This document shows positions 47,432 to 56,855 of a DNA stretch of 64,000 bases, in pieces. Position numbers and translations under genes: made by a program. The notes beneath the pieces were generated by a model. The model ran no database searches, had not been told where the DNA came from, and saw nothing but the letters and a program-made list of their open reading frames with translations. The stretch lies in IMG/VR virus record IMGVR_UViG_3300005748_000015, positions 64,194 to 128,193 of that record; one strand, written 5' to 3'. The number at the start of each line of letters is the position of its first letter. The first letter of the stretch is position 1. Source of the stretch: a virus.

Positions 47432-48337
47432 TTATTCAATATCATCCATATCTACTTTAATTTGATAGCTGCCAGGTACTTGTATCGCATCTTTTGGCTC
47501 TTCTATATCTCTAACTTCTTTTGCTCTACCATGGTCTTTGTCTACATCATTATTTTGATTATAGTAAACATATTCCCTCTGAATAACAGCACTATAAGGC
47601 ATCCTTTCAGGACACCTTTCGCCATCATCGTTTGTACCTTGAATAACCCTAACTTCATTAGGAATTTCTGTTACATACCAGTGGGCGTTGTATTTATATC
47701 TTATAGAATAAACTCTACCCTTACCAGTATCAGCATCAATTCCGGGGTTATCCCTTCCATCAATCCATCTGATGTGACCATCTTCTATTTTAAAATGATA
47801 GCCGCATTTAAATTCTCTATTTTGGCTATCGATTAAATATTCAATATCTTTTATAGGAAATTGTGCTCTGTCCAAACCCCCAGAATTATATTGCATTCTT
47901 TGATAGTTTGACACAAGAACCTCTAAATCCTTTATAAAAACTCTATCACCAGGAGCCAAATGTACTTCATCTCCATCAGCCGTAGCTTCTTTGTTATAAT
48001 ATCGTGGGACTAACAATCTAGCAACAGAATAATCTACAAGTCCAGCTTCATTAGCTCTTTTTCTTTTTGAGTTTGATACAATTGCCGCTGTAAAACAGCC
48101 AGCTTTTTTGTATATCATACCGTTTGATGTGATAGTATCGTACTCATCACTTCTTCTATAGTCTCCCCTGTCTTTTAATCCAATAGGAGATGGTATAGCA
48201 ATCCAGTGTTCAAACTCAACTCCACGTTGAGTAATTAAATCGTCATTTTTTGCCAAGTCCATGGTGACTTGAAATAAATCTTTAGGATTCTTAGAAAGCG
48301 ATCTTAATTGTTGTCCTTTTTTTTCTTTTTTAGACAA
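47432..48337 (-). CDS. head-tail joining/neck protein
   Basis: Structural context; LAPGDRV; TTG start with GGAGG RBS. Confidence 0.55.
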   Translation of the reverse strand: MSKKEKKGQQLRSLSKNPKDLFQVTMDLAKNDDLITQRGVEFEHWIAIPSPIGLKDRGDYRRSDEYDTITSNGMIYKKAGCFTAAIVSNSKRKRANEAGLVDYSVARLLVPRYYNKEATADGDEVHLAPGDRVFIKDLEVLVSNYQRMQYNSGGLDRAQFPIKDIEYLIDSQNREFKCGYHFKIEDGHIRWIDGRDNPGIDADTGKGRVYSIRYKYNAHWYVTEIPNEVRVIQGTNDDGERCPERMPYSAVIQREYVYYNQNNDVDKDHGRAKEVRDIEEPKDAIQVPGSYQIKVDMDDIE

Positions 48338-48346
48338 TTAAGCCTC

Positions 48347-48880
48347 CTAAAAATTTTTTTTAATTTTTAAGCCATGTTCTTCAGCATATTGCTTAATAGT
48401 TTTACTTAAATTTTTACTTAAATTATGTTTATCTAAATTTGCAAGTTCTCTTTCGTTTTTATTAATTTGTTCCAAAATAATATTGCCATCACATTCAGAT
48501 GCTGAAATTGAAAAAATTTCAAAATTGTGTTTTGTAATTTGAAACTCTATTTTTTCATTTTTTTTCATGGCAAAAATGTCTAAACCTCTAACATTTTTTT
48601 CAGTAGAACTAAGATTGGAAGAATAATCTGTTACAGATGGCATAGATTCTTTTTCGTTTTTAGCCATAACCTGTTCAAAATTGGTGTGTTTTTTTGATAT
48701 TTGATGTGACACAAGTGCAGGGTGGGAGCCGACAGCTAATATTTCGCTTTTATTGCTTTTTTTGCCCTTTTTACCCATGCCAATATGAAAGCCGCCTTTT
48801 AAGGTGACAAGTTTAACTTCAGAGCCGTTTAAAGTGCCTATTTTTTTTACTTCTTTTATTTCGTCTTGTTTAATATCCAC
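48347..48880 (-). CDS. hypothetical protein
   Basis: GTG start with AGGAG RBS; AATCTTTA upstream. Confidence 0.7.
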   Translation of the reverse strand: MDIKQDEIKEVKKIGTLNGSEVKLVTLKGGFHIGMGKKGKKSNKSEILAVGSHPALVSHQISKKHTNFEQVMAKNEKESMPSVTDYSSNLSSTEKNVRGLDIFAMKKNEKIEFQITKHNFEIFSISASECDGNIILEQINKNERELANLDKHNLSKNLSKTIKQYAEEHGLKIKKNF

Positions 48881-48925
48881 GACTTTCTCCTTACAATATA
48901 AAGATTATTTCAGATATTTTACAAT

Positions 48926-49198
48926 CTAACTATCTAAAAAATCATAGTCATCGTCTTCAAAAATGCCTACTTCTTTACTTAAAAAATATTCCATGTCAAA
49001 CGAATCAAATACTCTGGAATTTTTTTCTGCTTCATATATTTCAAGTTTTAAATTTAATAATTTCAACTCTTTAGCGTTTTTTTCTTTTAATATAGCAAGT
49101 TCTAAATCAATTATGCATGACGCAAGAGAGTCCCAATCGCTTTTTTTTGCTAATTGAGCGTATTTTTTTTCTAATTTATTTTTTTTAGACTTCTCCAT
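48926..49198 (-). CDS. hypothetical protein
   Basis: Overlaps the end of mazG. Confidence 0.55.
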   Translation of the reverse strand: MEKSKKNKLEKKYAQLAKKSDWDSLASCIIDLELAILKEKNAKELKLLNLKLEIYEAEKNSRVFDSFDMEYFLSKEVGIFEDDDYDFLDS

Positions 49199-49598
49199 TT
49201 TCTAAGATTTGCCTTTCAACCTTCAAATCCCTGTTATTAGCTGAATCTTCTGTGAATTTTTCAGGATATCGGGCTTTTAGCTTGTCTATATTTGTTTGCA
49301 TAACTGCTTGAAAATCGGTATTTAAAGCCTCAAGAGCAATAGCACAATACCATAATAAATCGCCTATCTCTTCTTTGAGATTGACCGTATCAAGTTCTTT
49401 ACCGTAATATAAGTGTTTTTTTAGCATATCCTGAAACTCTCCAGCTTCAGTTACTAAACCCATTGAGGCATGAATGAGGTCTAAAACTTGGTTGTCGGGT
49501 ATAGTCTGGTCTTCGTAGCCCGTCATTCTTTCGGCTACACCTTTGTAATCCGGTCCATTTGTTCTAAGTGCTGATTTTTGATAAGTTTTGCTGTCCAT
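49185..49598 (-). CDS. mazG: MazG-like nucleotide pyrophosphohydrolase
   Basis: GLVTEAGE...KK...EEIGDLLWY...NIDKLKARY. Confidence 0.9.
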   Translation of the reverse strand: MDSKTYQKSALRTNGPDYKGVAERMTGYEDQTIPDNQVLDLIHASMGLVTEAGEFQDMLKKHLYYGKELDTVNLKEEIGDLLWYCAIALEALNTDFQAVMQTNIDKLKARYPEKFTEDSANNRDLKVERQILENGEV

Positions 49599-49623
49599 AA
49601 AAGCCTCCTATAAATATATAATA

Positions 49624-50535
49624 TCACATAGGATTGTTGGAGGTGACGGAGCTTTTAAATTGGACGGGTTTTTGTTCTGATTCTTTTTTTGGCTTGTATT
49701 TATTGTATCTTTTTGTATAGTAGAAATCTTTAAAATTTGAATGTCTTTTGCCTTGTTCAAAATCACTAGGATCAATATTGTGACCCATAATCCAAGAGTA
49801 TGCCATTTTATTTTCATCACCATTAAACTTATCATAAAGATGATTTGCCATGTATTTACCAAAAACATGCTGATGGTCAGGGTTTTCCTTTAAACTTTGA
49901 GATATTTGCTGATGTGTCATTTTTGAATAGTTACTGTACGGATTATCTGGGGCATCCCTTTTCATTCTGTTAGCCAAATCATGAACAGTTCTTGGCATTA
50001 AACCGTAGTTGCCAAAGGCTCTGGTTCCTTTTTGTGACCCGGAAGTTATTAATTTATGTTCTGTATTTTTACCGCCAGAACTTTCAATCATAGAAATGGT
50101 ATTTAAAAAATTATCTATTTTTTGATCTCTAGAGTTTTCATAGTTTTTATCAATAATTGCTTGTCCTTCGGCACGACCTTGTTTACGGGCTTGTTTTACT
50201 TGATCTTCTACTGATAAATTATTAGAAGGATTTCTATTTGCAGCTTTTGCATCTATTTTTTGCTGAACTCTTTGATAAGTAGGTGATTTTTGCCTTTCAC
50301 TTAATTGCTCCACTCCTGGTTGTGCCATATAATGAGTAGCATGAGTTAAGCCTAATATTCCAACAAGGTTTGCAACACCTTTTCTCCAGTTTTTTCTTAG
50401 TTCTTCAACGTCCATATTGTCAGCATTTTCCATGCATTTTTTTAGTAGCATATTAGTACCCATTTTAAAAGCTTCTTCCTTAGAAACTTTTCCTAATTTT
50501 TCTGTCTTGATTAATTCTTCCAAATCCTTGTACAT
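49624..50535 (-). CDS. lysozyme-like/lytic transglycosylase domain protein
   Basis: IESSGG (catalytic Glu), AFGNYGLMP, AYSW. Confidence 0.75.
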   Translation of the reverse strand: MYKDLEELIKTEKLGKVSKEEAFKMGTNMLLKKCMENADNMDVEELRKNWRKGVANLVGILGLTHATHYMAQPGVEQLSERQKSPTYQRVQQKIDAKAANRNPSNNLSVEDQVKQARKQGRAEGQAIIDKNYENSRDQKIDNFLNTISMIESSGGKNTEHKLITSGSQKGTRAFGNYGLMPRTVHDLANRMKRDAPDNPYSNYSKMTHQQISQSLKENPDHQHVFGKYMANHLYDKFNGDENKMAYSWIMGHNIDPSDFEQGKRHSNFKDFYYTKRYNKYKPKKESEQKPVQFKSSVTSNNPM

Positions 50536-50550
50536 ACTAATATAATATCA

Positions 50551-51381
50551 CTAAATATTGCTAACAAAATACTTATTGTATAGCACTCGCCTAATATTTT
50601 TAACTAATTCTTCTTTTTCACCCATAAGTTCCCCAATTCTCGTTTGGAAAACCGCTGGACCTGGATTAGAGCTGGATTGAGATATACCATCATGGGATAC
50701 TGAAACGCTTGTATTTTGGTTTAAAGGGCCTAAATTTCCTAGTATTTCAATAGCTGCTATGACACCTATTAATTCGTTGACAACTACTGGCATATGGCCT
50801 TCTTTAGTACAAACACCAGTTGTATACTCTACTTCCCAATACGATGGAACCCAATCAATCCCTCCATTCATGGCAGCTATAAACGCAAGCCCAGCAGCAC
50901 CTGTAGGTTGACCAGAACTAATCCCTGTCGCACCTACAACAGTTAAGGGTATAACATTTACTTGTTTTTGAAAAAAACGAGCCGCTTCAATCCAATCAGG
51001 TGGTATTTCAAATATGTTTACATTGTTTGAACTTTGAATGCTCAATTTATCAACTTGAAGAACTGGCCCAAAATTTGTCATGATATGAATAAATTTTTTG
51101 TATAAATTAACATCAAACGGATGTTTTTCTTTCCTTCTTACAGGAGTAAGCGTTGTGTCAAGTAAAAGTTCGGCTTTATTCATAGCCAAATGTATTTTAT
51201 CTTTTAGATCATCATTGCTATACTCTGATAAATCAAGACCTTTTAAATATCTAGATACAAGTTTTTTTGGCGTAAGCATTGGCTCAATTCTAGTTAATAA
51301 GTTACTGGTTTTATTAGCTAAAACAGGATATGCTTTATTACCATAATTTTTTGGATAATTTTCATTTGATATAAAAGCCAT
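50551..51381 (-). CDS. head-tail adaptor/head completion protein
   Basis: PSYWEVEYTTG...LIGVIAAI...SVSHDGISQS. Confidence 0.7.
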   Translation of the reverse strand: MAFISNENYPKNYGNKAYPVLANKTSNLLTRIEPMLTPKKLVSRYLKGLDLSEYSNDDLKDKIHLAMNKAELLLDTTLTPVRRKEKHPFDVNLYKKFIHIMTNFGPVLQVDKLSIQSSNNVNIFEIPPDWIEAARFFQKQVNVIPLTVVGATGISSGQPTGAAGLAFIAAMNGGIDWVPSYWEVEYTTGVCTKEGHMPVVVNELIGVIAAIEILGNLGPLNQNTSVSVSHDGISQSSSNPGPAVFQTRIGELMGEKEELVKNIRRVLYNKYFVSNI

Positions 51382-51770
51382 TAACAACCACCTGATTCTA
51401 ATAATTCGACCATAATTCCTTGAGGCACTTTAAATTGACTTTGTACGCCATCTTCAGTAATTGAAAACTTAACAGCTCCAGAGTTAGGCACTTCATCAAC
51501 AGCTAAATCAATGTACCATATTGATTTATCGTCTGACCACGCTTGAGTTGCTGTTTTAACAATTTCAGTATCATCATCAATACTTAGAAAAGTAACAGTA
51601 ACAGCGTCAATAACTGTGGCTTGACTTATATATCTAAGGCCATCTTTTAATTCGTCAACTATTTGAAAATACAATCTATGGATAGAACCTTCAGCAATAT
51701 ACCATTCGCTTACGTATTGAAAGTTATTTATATCTGCTACATTCTTTAAAAATTTAACGGACAATTTCAT
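51381..51770 (-). CDS. virion structural protein
   Basis: Beta-rich; AATCTTTA upstream. Confidence 0.6.
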   Translation of the reverse strand: MKLSVKFLKNVADINNFQYVSEWYIAEGSIHRLYFQIVDELKDGLRYISQATVIDAVTVTFLSIDDDTEIVKTATQAWSDDKSIWYIDLAVDEVPNSGAVKFSITEDGVQSQFKVPQGIMVELLESGGC

Positions 51771-51826
51771 ATTTAAATCTCCTATTATTTAAAGATTATG
51801 ACGATTATATATGATATTATAAGTGT

Positions 51827-52369
51827 ATGAAAAGAAAAATTCGATGTATTTGTATAGATGGTATGGAAAAAACAGGTAGGTCTTCTATTGTTAGGCAAAT
51901 ACGTAAACACTTGAAGAATAAAAACAAAGACTTACACGAAATAAATGGTGTAACCCATTATAATTTGGAAAAACAAAAGGCTGTACTTCAAGACAATAAA
52001 GAATCAATTGTGCTCAAAGAAAATGGCATTATGTCTATTTTGCATAATAATTTTAAACAATTTAAAAATATTAAAGTTTTAATGGAAGAATTAGAGCCAT
52101 TGTTAAATAAAGAAAAAAACATAAATCACCAGTACGGTGCTGTTAATTTTTTTCTTTTGCCCGAAAATATTGAAACAGCAAAAGCAATGTTTGGATCGGA
52201 AGAAATACCTAGTTATTACAATGACTTAATTGTTTTTTATAAAGGTATCAATCAAACATCTATAACACAAGGTCTTGACATAAAATTAATACCTTTTAAT
52301 CAAAATGATAAAATTTTTGATGTAAGAGATAAAATTATAGAAATAATTGAACAAAAATACCAAATCTAG
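51827..52369 (+). CDS. degenerate dNMP/thymidylate-kinase-like P-loop protein
   Basis: ICIDGMEKTGRSS; leaderless ATG. Confidence 0.55.
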   Translation: MKRKIRCICIDGMEKTGRSSIVRQIRKHLKNKNKDLHEINGVTHYNLEKQKAVLQDNKESIVLKENGIMSILHNNFKQFKNIKVLMEELEPLLNKEKNINHQYGAVNFFLLPENIETAKAMFGSEEIPSYYNDLIVFYKGINQTSITQGLDIKLIPFNQNDKIFDVRDKIIEIIEQKYQI

Positions 52370-52563
52370 TCTTTTTTTCTTACAATTCTTTTTTTAATTT
52401 TTTCAACAATAGAAACTTTTTCTTTTTTACTTTCGTTACGAACATAATCAAGTGCTTGATTTGCACTTGCAAGAAGTAAATCTTCAAAGTTATCTTTATT
52501 AACTTCAATTTTTTTAATACTTTTTTTGTTTAAAAGCTTTCTCATTTTATCTGATTTTTTCAT
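52366..52563 (-). CDS. small basic hypothetical protein
   Basis: 65-aa ORF. Confidence 0.5.
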   Translation of the reverse strand: MKKSDKMRKLLNKKSIKKIEVNKDNFEDLLLASANQALDYVRNESKKEKVSIVEKIKKRIVRKKD

Positions 52564-52575
52564 TCAGGCCTTCTA

Positions 52576-53025
52576 TTATGGCACTACTACTGCATCAGCA
52601 ATAGCCTTAACAGCCTCGCCTGAAGCGTCAATTTTAGCAGCAACACTTTGAGCAACAGCTCTATTAGCACAGGCAACAACTAAATATTCTTTAGCTTCTT
52701 TACTTAAAGCAGCCACTTTAGCTTGAGCAGCATTTAAAGCAGCATTATTAGCCACATCATTAGCCGCTTGGTATTCTAAACACTCTACAACCAGCTCTAA
52801 TTGTTCTGCAATTTCTTCTCCGTATTTTCGGCTAGTTAGAGCTACAATCAAATATTCTTTAATTTCTTTCGACTCTTTTTCAGATGGCGAAACTACATCA
52901 AGAATAGCCTGAGCAGCAGCTGCGTCTGCTGGTGTTGCGTCAATAACTCTAGCGACAATTTCACTAGCCACTCTTTCGTTAGCTAAAGCTACACCAAGTA
53001 CGTACTCTTCATTTTTGTTAATCAT
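52576..53025 (-). CDS. Ala-rich helical protein with three internal repeats
   Basis: EYVLGVALAN / EYLIVALTS / EYLVVACAN. Confidence 0.7.
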   Translation of the reverse strand: MINKNEEYVLGVALANERVASEIVARVIDATPADAAAAQAILDVVSPSEKESKEIKEYLIVALTSRKYGEEIAEQLELVVECLEYQAANDVANNAALNAAQAKVAALSKEAKEYLVVACANRAVAQSVAAKIDASGEAVKAIADAVVVP

Positions 53026-53240
53026 TTTTTTCTCCTATAGAACGGTTTTCCGTAACGCATAATTGCGTACTATATCTTTAAGATTACCATTTAAATACTT
53101 GTAAATATGAATTTCTCCTATACTATCTTCCTGATAAATTCCAAACAATAGACTGACAAATTACATTATCGGCTGACCCTTTGTTTTCTATATAAAGCTC
53201 TATAACATTATTTTTAAAAAATCTTACAGGCATATTTTTA

Positions 53241-55667
53241 TCAACCAGTCACTTCCTGTACGAGAAGAGAAGCGTGATCATATTCGGGGTCTGTTACTGG
53301 TCTAATTCTAGCTGTATCTGTAGTTCTACCCCACCTAATTTGTATAGTATGTTGCCCTGCTCCTAACACATCAAATCTTTGATTAATAGCGCATGAACCA
53401 GCTTCTTTACCTGCGGAATCATGAAAAATATATGTTGATCGCCTTCTAGTTTCTGAACCTGTTAAACCATACCAAACCTGAAATGAAATTTCACCATCAT
53501 TATTAGTATCGAGATCGGCTGATGCACTAAACATAATAATAAATTTATTAGTCAATTCTTGTGGTGTGATATTTATAGTGAGCAAATTTGTAGGGCTTGC
53601 AAGTGTTGCCGTAGTGGTAGTATCTAATGTTATTTCTGTAAACTCAGTTCTTACTAAAACACTAGACTGAGATACTGTATCTTTCAGCTTATCCAGCGTG
53701 ACTTTCTTTTTATTAAAAGAATCTTCAGAGTCTTCTAAGAGGAGAACATCGTTATCTACAGGAACGGTTTTTTCTGTAAACGAATCAAAATCACCTGAAG
53801 CTCTTTTTAACTGAGCGTCATTAGTTACATTACCTAAACCAACTTGAGACTTAGTTACATTATGTGGGTTTGCCATATCTATGCGGTGAGCATTGTTTAA
53901 CACAACATCGCTATGATCTTTACCATCGGAGCTTCTGTGTGTATTGTTTAGTGTAACATCTCCCTCAATTGTATCCAAATCAACCGATTGAGTTACGGAT
54001 ATAAAGCCTAATTTTGTTTTTTCAGAATCGCTATATTCGTTAGTGTTTGCATTTGATTCATAGGCAGTTTTAATTTCTGCTGGAGTTTGATCTTGTGTTG
54101 CTCCAGATTCAATACCATCTAATTTAGAGCCGTCAGCACTAACATCTCTGCCATCGACAAGATTGACATTAACTATATTATTATTGCCCAGATCAAGATT
54201 TCCTGCCATTGGTCTAGCACCTGATACGTTCAGATATATGGGATGATCATCATCTAGTAACCCACTTAAACTTCCGTGATCGTTTGCACTACCTTGTCCA
54301 AAAAGCTTTACGGCTCTAAAATCAATATAATCATCTCCAGCTTCGGTAGATACAAAAATAGCTTTTGTGGTATTTGTAAATGTATTAGAACCTTGAATAA
54401 TAACAGTTCCGATAGGTACAAACTCTGAAAAAGGTAGTCCTGTTAATAGTGCAATTTCATTTTCAGCACCTTCTCTAGCGTCAGGTCTATTGTTATATTG
54501 ACCAATACCTTGTATTGCAATAATAGGCTCTTCAATATTGTTTGTAGCAAAAATATGAGTTAAAACAAAACCATTATTAGAAATTTCAGTGAGGTTCCAT
54601 TGTGATCCATCAAACTCATTATAAGCTGGTAAAACAGCACCTCCTCCATATCCAGACCCATCACCACTATAAATAAAAGGGAAGTTATCTGCGTCTTTTT
54701 TTCTCCAAAAACTTTGCGTTCCCAATTTATAATAAACTGGTATTTTAGCTACAGGCGTTAAAACTTGGCTAAAATCATCCATAGGGGCATTGTCGTGAAA
54801 AATTTCAATTTTTATATCTTCATCTCTTATGCTTCCATCACCACAATCTAATTGGCAATGTACATCAAGAGAGCCATCTCCATCTATAGAAAAATTATCT
54901 AACGCCAGACCATCATCATATCTAGCACCTTCAATATTGTGTAAATATGCATGGGTAGCACCATCCATTGTTAACCCATGTCTTTCTTCTGCAAAATAAA
55001 TCGACTTATTGCTTGTAGAATCCCAATATACAATTGCAACAAAAGCTACATCAGTAAATAAAGCCACATCAGGTGGTGCAGAGTCTTGAACTAATGTGTC
55101 ACCATCAAAGTAAAAAAAATACAATCCCTCTAAGTCTGGAATGATAACACTTTGAGTAGTTTCTTTGATATATTTTGTTGCTTTTATCCAATATTCAAAA
55201 GAATCGCCTACAGGTGAAACCGACATAGTTCTTGTAGAATCTTCAAAACTAATAACAGAATCAGTTCTGTTTGGAAAGCCCGTAGGTTCGCCACCAACAG
55301 ATATAGCCTCTGTGGTAGGTGTGTTGATTATTTGATTACCACCCATATCAAGGTCGGTGTTCATGCTATTATTTCCATCAACAGATAGCTTTTTATCATC
55401 TAAATCGTCTATTGCTTTATCAGAACTATCGCTTGATGCTTGTATATCTGTTTTTTCTAAATCATCTCTTTCATAATCAACTTCACTAGAGTCATGCTTA
55501 CTAGCTCCACCGTCTAAGTGATTGCTTAAATCTTCGTTGGTATACTCTTTAAGCGTAGATAATTTAATCTTTTTACCACCATTAACACCTTCAGAATCGT
55601 CTACTGTATAAAGTAGATCGGTATCTTCTGGGGTAGTTTGCTCAGGTAAGTCTCTAACTTTACTCAT
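53241..55667 (-). CDS. fibre/appendage structural protein
   Basis: DGRDVSADGSKLDGIESGA and NPHNVTKSQVGLGNVTN fibre motifs; C-terminal beta-sandwich. Confidence 0.75.
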   Translation of the reverse strand: MSKVRDLPEQTTPEDTDLLYTVDDSEGVNGGKKIKLSTLKEYTNEDLSNHLDGGASKHDSSEVDYERDDLEKTDIQASSDSSDKAIDDLDDKKLSVDGNNSMNTDLDMGGNQIINTPTTEAISVGGEPTGFPNRTDSVISFEDSTRTMSVSPVGDSFEYWIKATKYIKETTQSVIIPDLEGLYFFYFDGDTLVQDSAPPDVALFTDVAFVAIVYWDSTSNKSIYFAEERHGLTMDGATHAYLHNIEGARYDDGLALDNFSIDGDGSLDVHCQLDCGDGSIRDEDIKIEIFHDNAPMDDFSQVLTPVAKIPVYYKLGTQSFWRKKDADNFPFIYSGDGSGYGGGAVLPAYNEFDGSQWNLTEISNNGFVLTHIFATNNIEEPIIAIQGIGQYNNRPDAREGAENEIALLTGLPFSEFVPIGTVIIQGSNTFTNTTKAIFVSTEAGDDYIDFRAVKLFGQGSANDHGSLSGLLDDDHPIYLNVSGARPMAGNLDLGNNNIVNVNLVDGRDVSADGSKLDGIESGATQDQTPAEIKTAYESNANTNEYSDSEKTKLGFISVTQSVDLDTIEGDVTLNNTHRSSDGKDHSDVVLNNAHRIDMANPHNVTKSQVGLGNVTNDAQLKRASGDFDSFTEKTVPVDNDVLLLEDSEDSFNKKKVTLDKLKDTVSQSSVLVRTEFTEITLDTTTTATLASPTNLLTINITPQELTNKFIIMFSASADLDTNNDGEISFQVWYGLTGSETRRRSTYIFHDSAGKEAGSCAINQRFDVLGAGQHTIQIRWGRTTDTARIRPVTDPEYDHASLLVQEVTG

Positions 55668-55670
55668 TTT

Positions 55671-56675
55671 TTACTCCAAAATTAACGAAGTTCCATCGTC
55701 ATCTAATAATATATCACCATTTGTATCGTTTATAAATGCTTCTAGAATCATATCCCAATCTAATTCATGCACATATCTTACTTTGATTCGTGCTATGTTT
55801 GCACCGCTTTCAAAATAATTAAGTGTAGCTATATCGCCAGCAAAACTAGGTATCACAGAATCAAAATTTCCTAATTTTAAAAAATTTGCATTATTTAGTA
55901 GTGGAAGAATTTTTTCCCATTTTCTATCAAAAAAATCGGTAGGAGTTAAAGCAGGAAATAAAGATGCTCTATTATCCCATATTTGGTCGTAACCAGTGTC
56001 ACCCACTATTGAAGTGATGAAGTCACCATTTGGTTGTTTTACTTTTCTTGTAATTCTCCATTTTGCTTGGCTTGGCAAAGAGTCTTGATCTGCTAATCCT
56101 TCGTATTCAACATTGTCTATTTTTTCAAATCTTTTGATTAAAAATCCATCGACAACATTTACGGCATCTCTAACATCTCCAGCATCAGGATAGTTATCTT
56201 TGTGCGATAACTGAACCTCTAGTTCTGCGTTTACAGTGCCTATATGTACATCACCATCACTTAATCTAACAGGAAATGGATTCATTACGGTATAGTGATT
56301 ACCGCCTTTATCTACCAAAAGAGAGCGTCTAGCTACTGTTGGTTCTTGCTCATAGGTAGCCTGATCAATATCTTCTTGATCTAGTTTTATTTTTTCTTGT
56401 TCGGGTTGTTCAATTATAGTATTTTCTGAAGCTTTAAAAGGGGATAGATCACTTCGGGCAGTAATTTTTGTTCTCTCAGGACCGAGAAACATCTCTGTTT
56501 TACTGATAACTCTTTTAATTTGAAATCGTTGTACACCTTGCGTATCAGATTTTAACAATACAAAAGCTTTAACTTTAAAGCAATCTGTATCTTCAACGGT
56601 AACTTTACCGTTTGCTGTTCCGTCTGCCGTAAGTGGTACAGGTCCGATTTTTTCCCAAAATCTCTCTATAGCCAT
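55671..56675 (-). CDS. virion structural protein
   Basis: Late motif upstream; WRITR...WDNRASL motif. Confidence 0.6.
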   Translation of the reverse strand: MAIERFWEKIGPVPLTADGTANGKVTVEDTDCFKVKAFVLLKSDTQGVQRFQIKRVISKTEMFLGPERTKITARSDLSPFKASENTIIEQPEQEKIKLDQEDIDQATYEQEPTVARRSLLVDKGGNHYTVMNPFPVRLSDGDVHIGTVNAELEVQLSHKDNYPDAGDVRDAVNVVDGFLIKRFEKIDNVEYEGLADQDSLPSQAKWRITRKVKQPNGDFITSIVGDTGYDQIWDNRASLFPALTPTDFFDRKWEKILPLLNNANFLKLGNFDSVIPSFAGDIATLNYFESGANIARIKVRYVHELDWDMILEAFINDTNGDILLDDDGTSLILE

Positions 56676-56790
56676 TACTTTCCTTACCTCTTAGAGTTAG
56701 CCGTATAACTCCGTAACACGCAAATATTACTTACATGTTATATATTAAAGATTAAGTTTTATAATATCTTATAATTACATAATACAAAAT

Positions 56791-56815
56791 AAAAAAGCCC
56801 TCAGAACGAGGGCTT
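56791..56815 (-). terminator. intrinsic terminator after the major capsid gene
   Basis: AAGCCCTC/GAGGGCTT stem followed by a T-run. Confidence 0.85.
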
Positions 56816-56855
56816 ATTTTACAAAGGAGTGATATGAACTTTTTTACAAAGTCAA

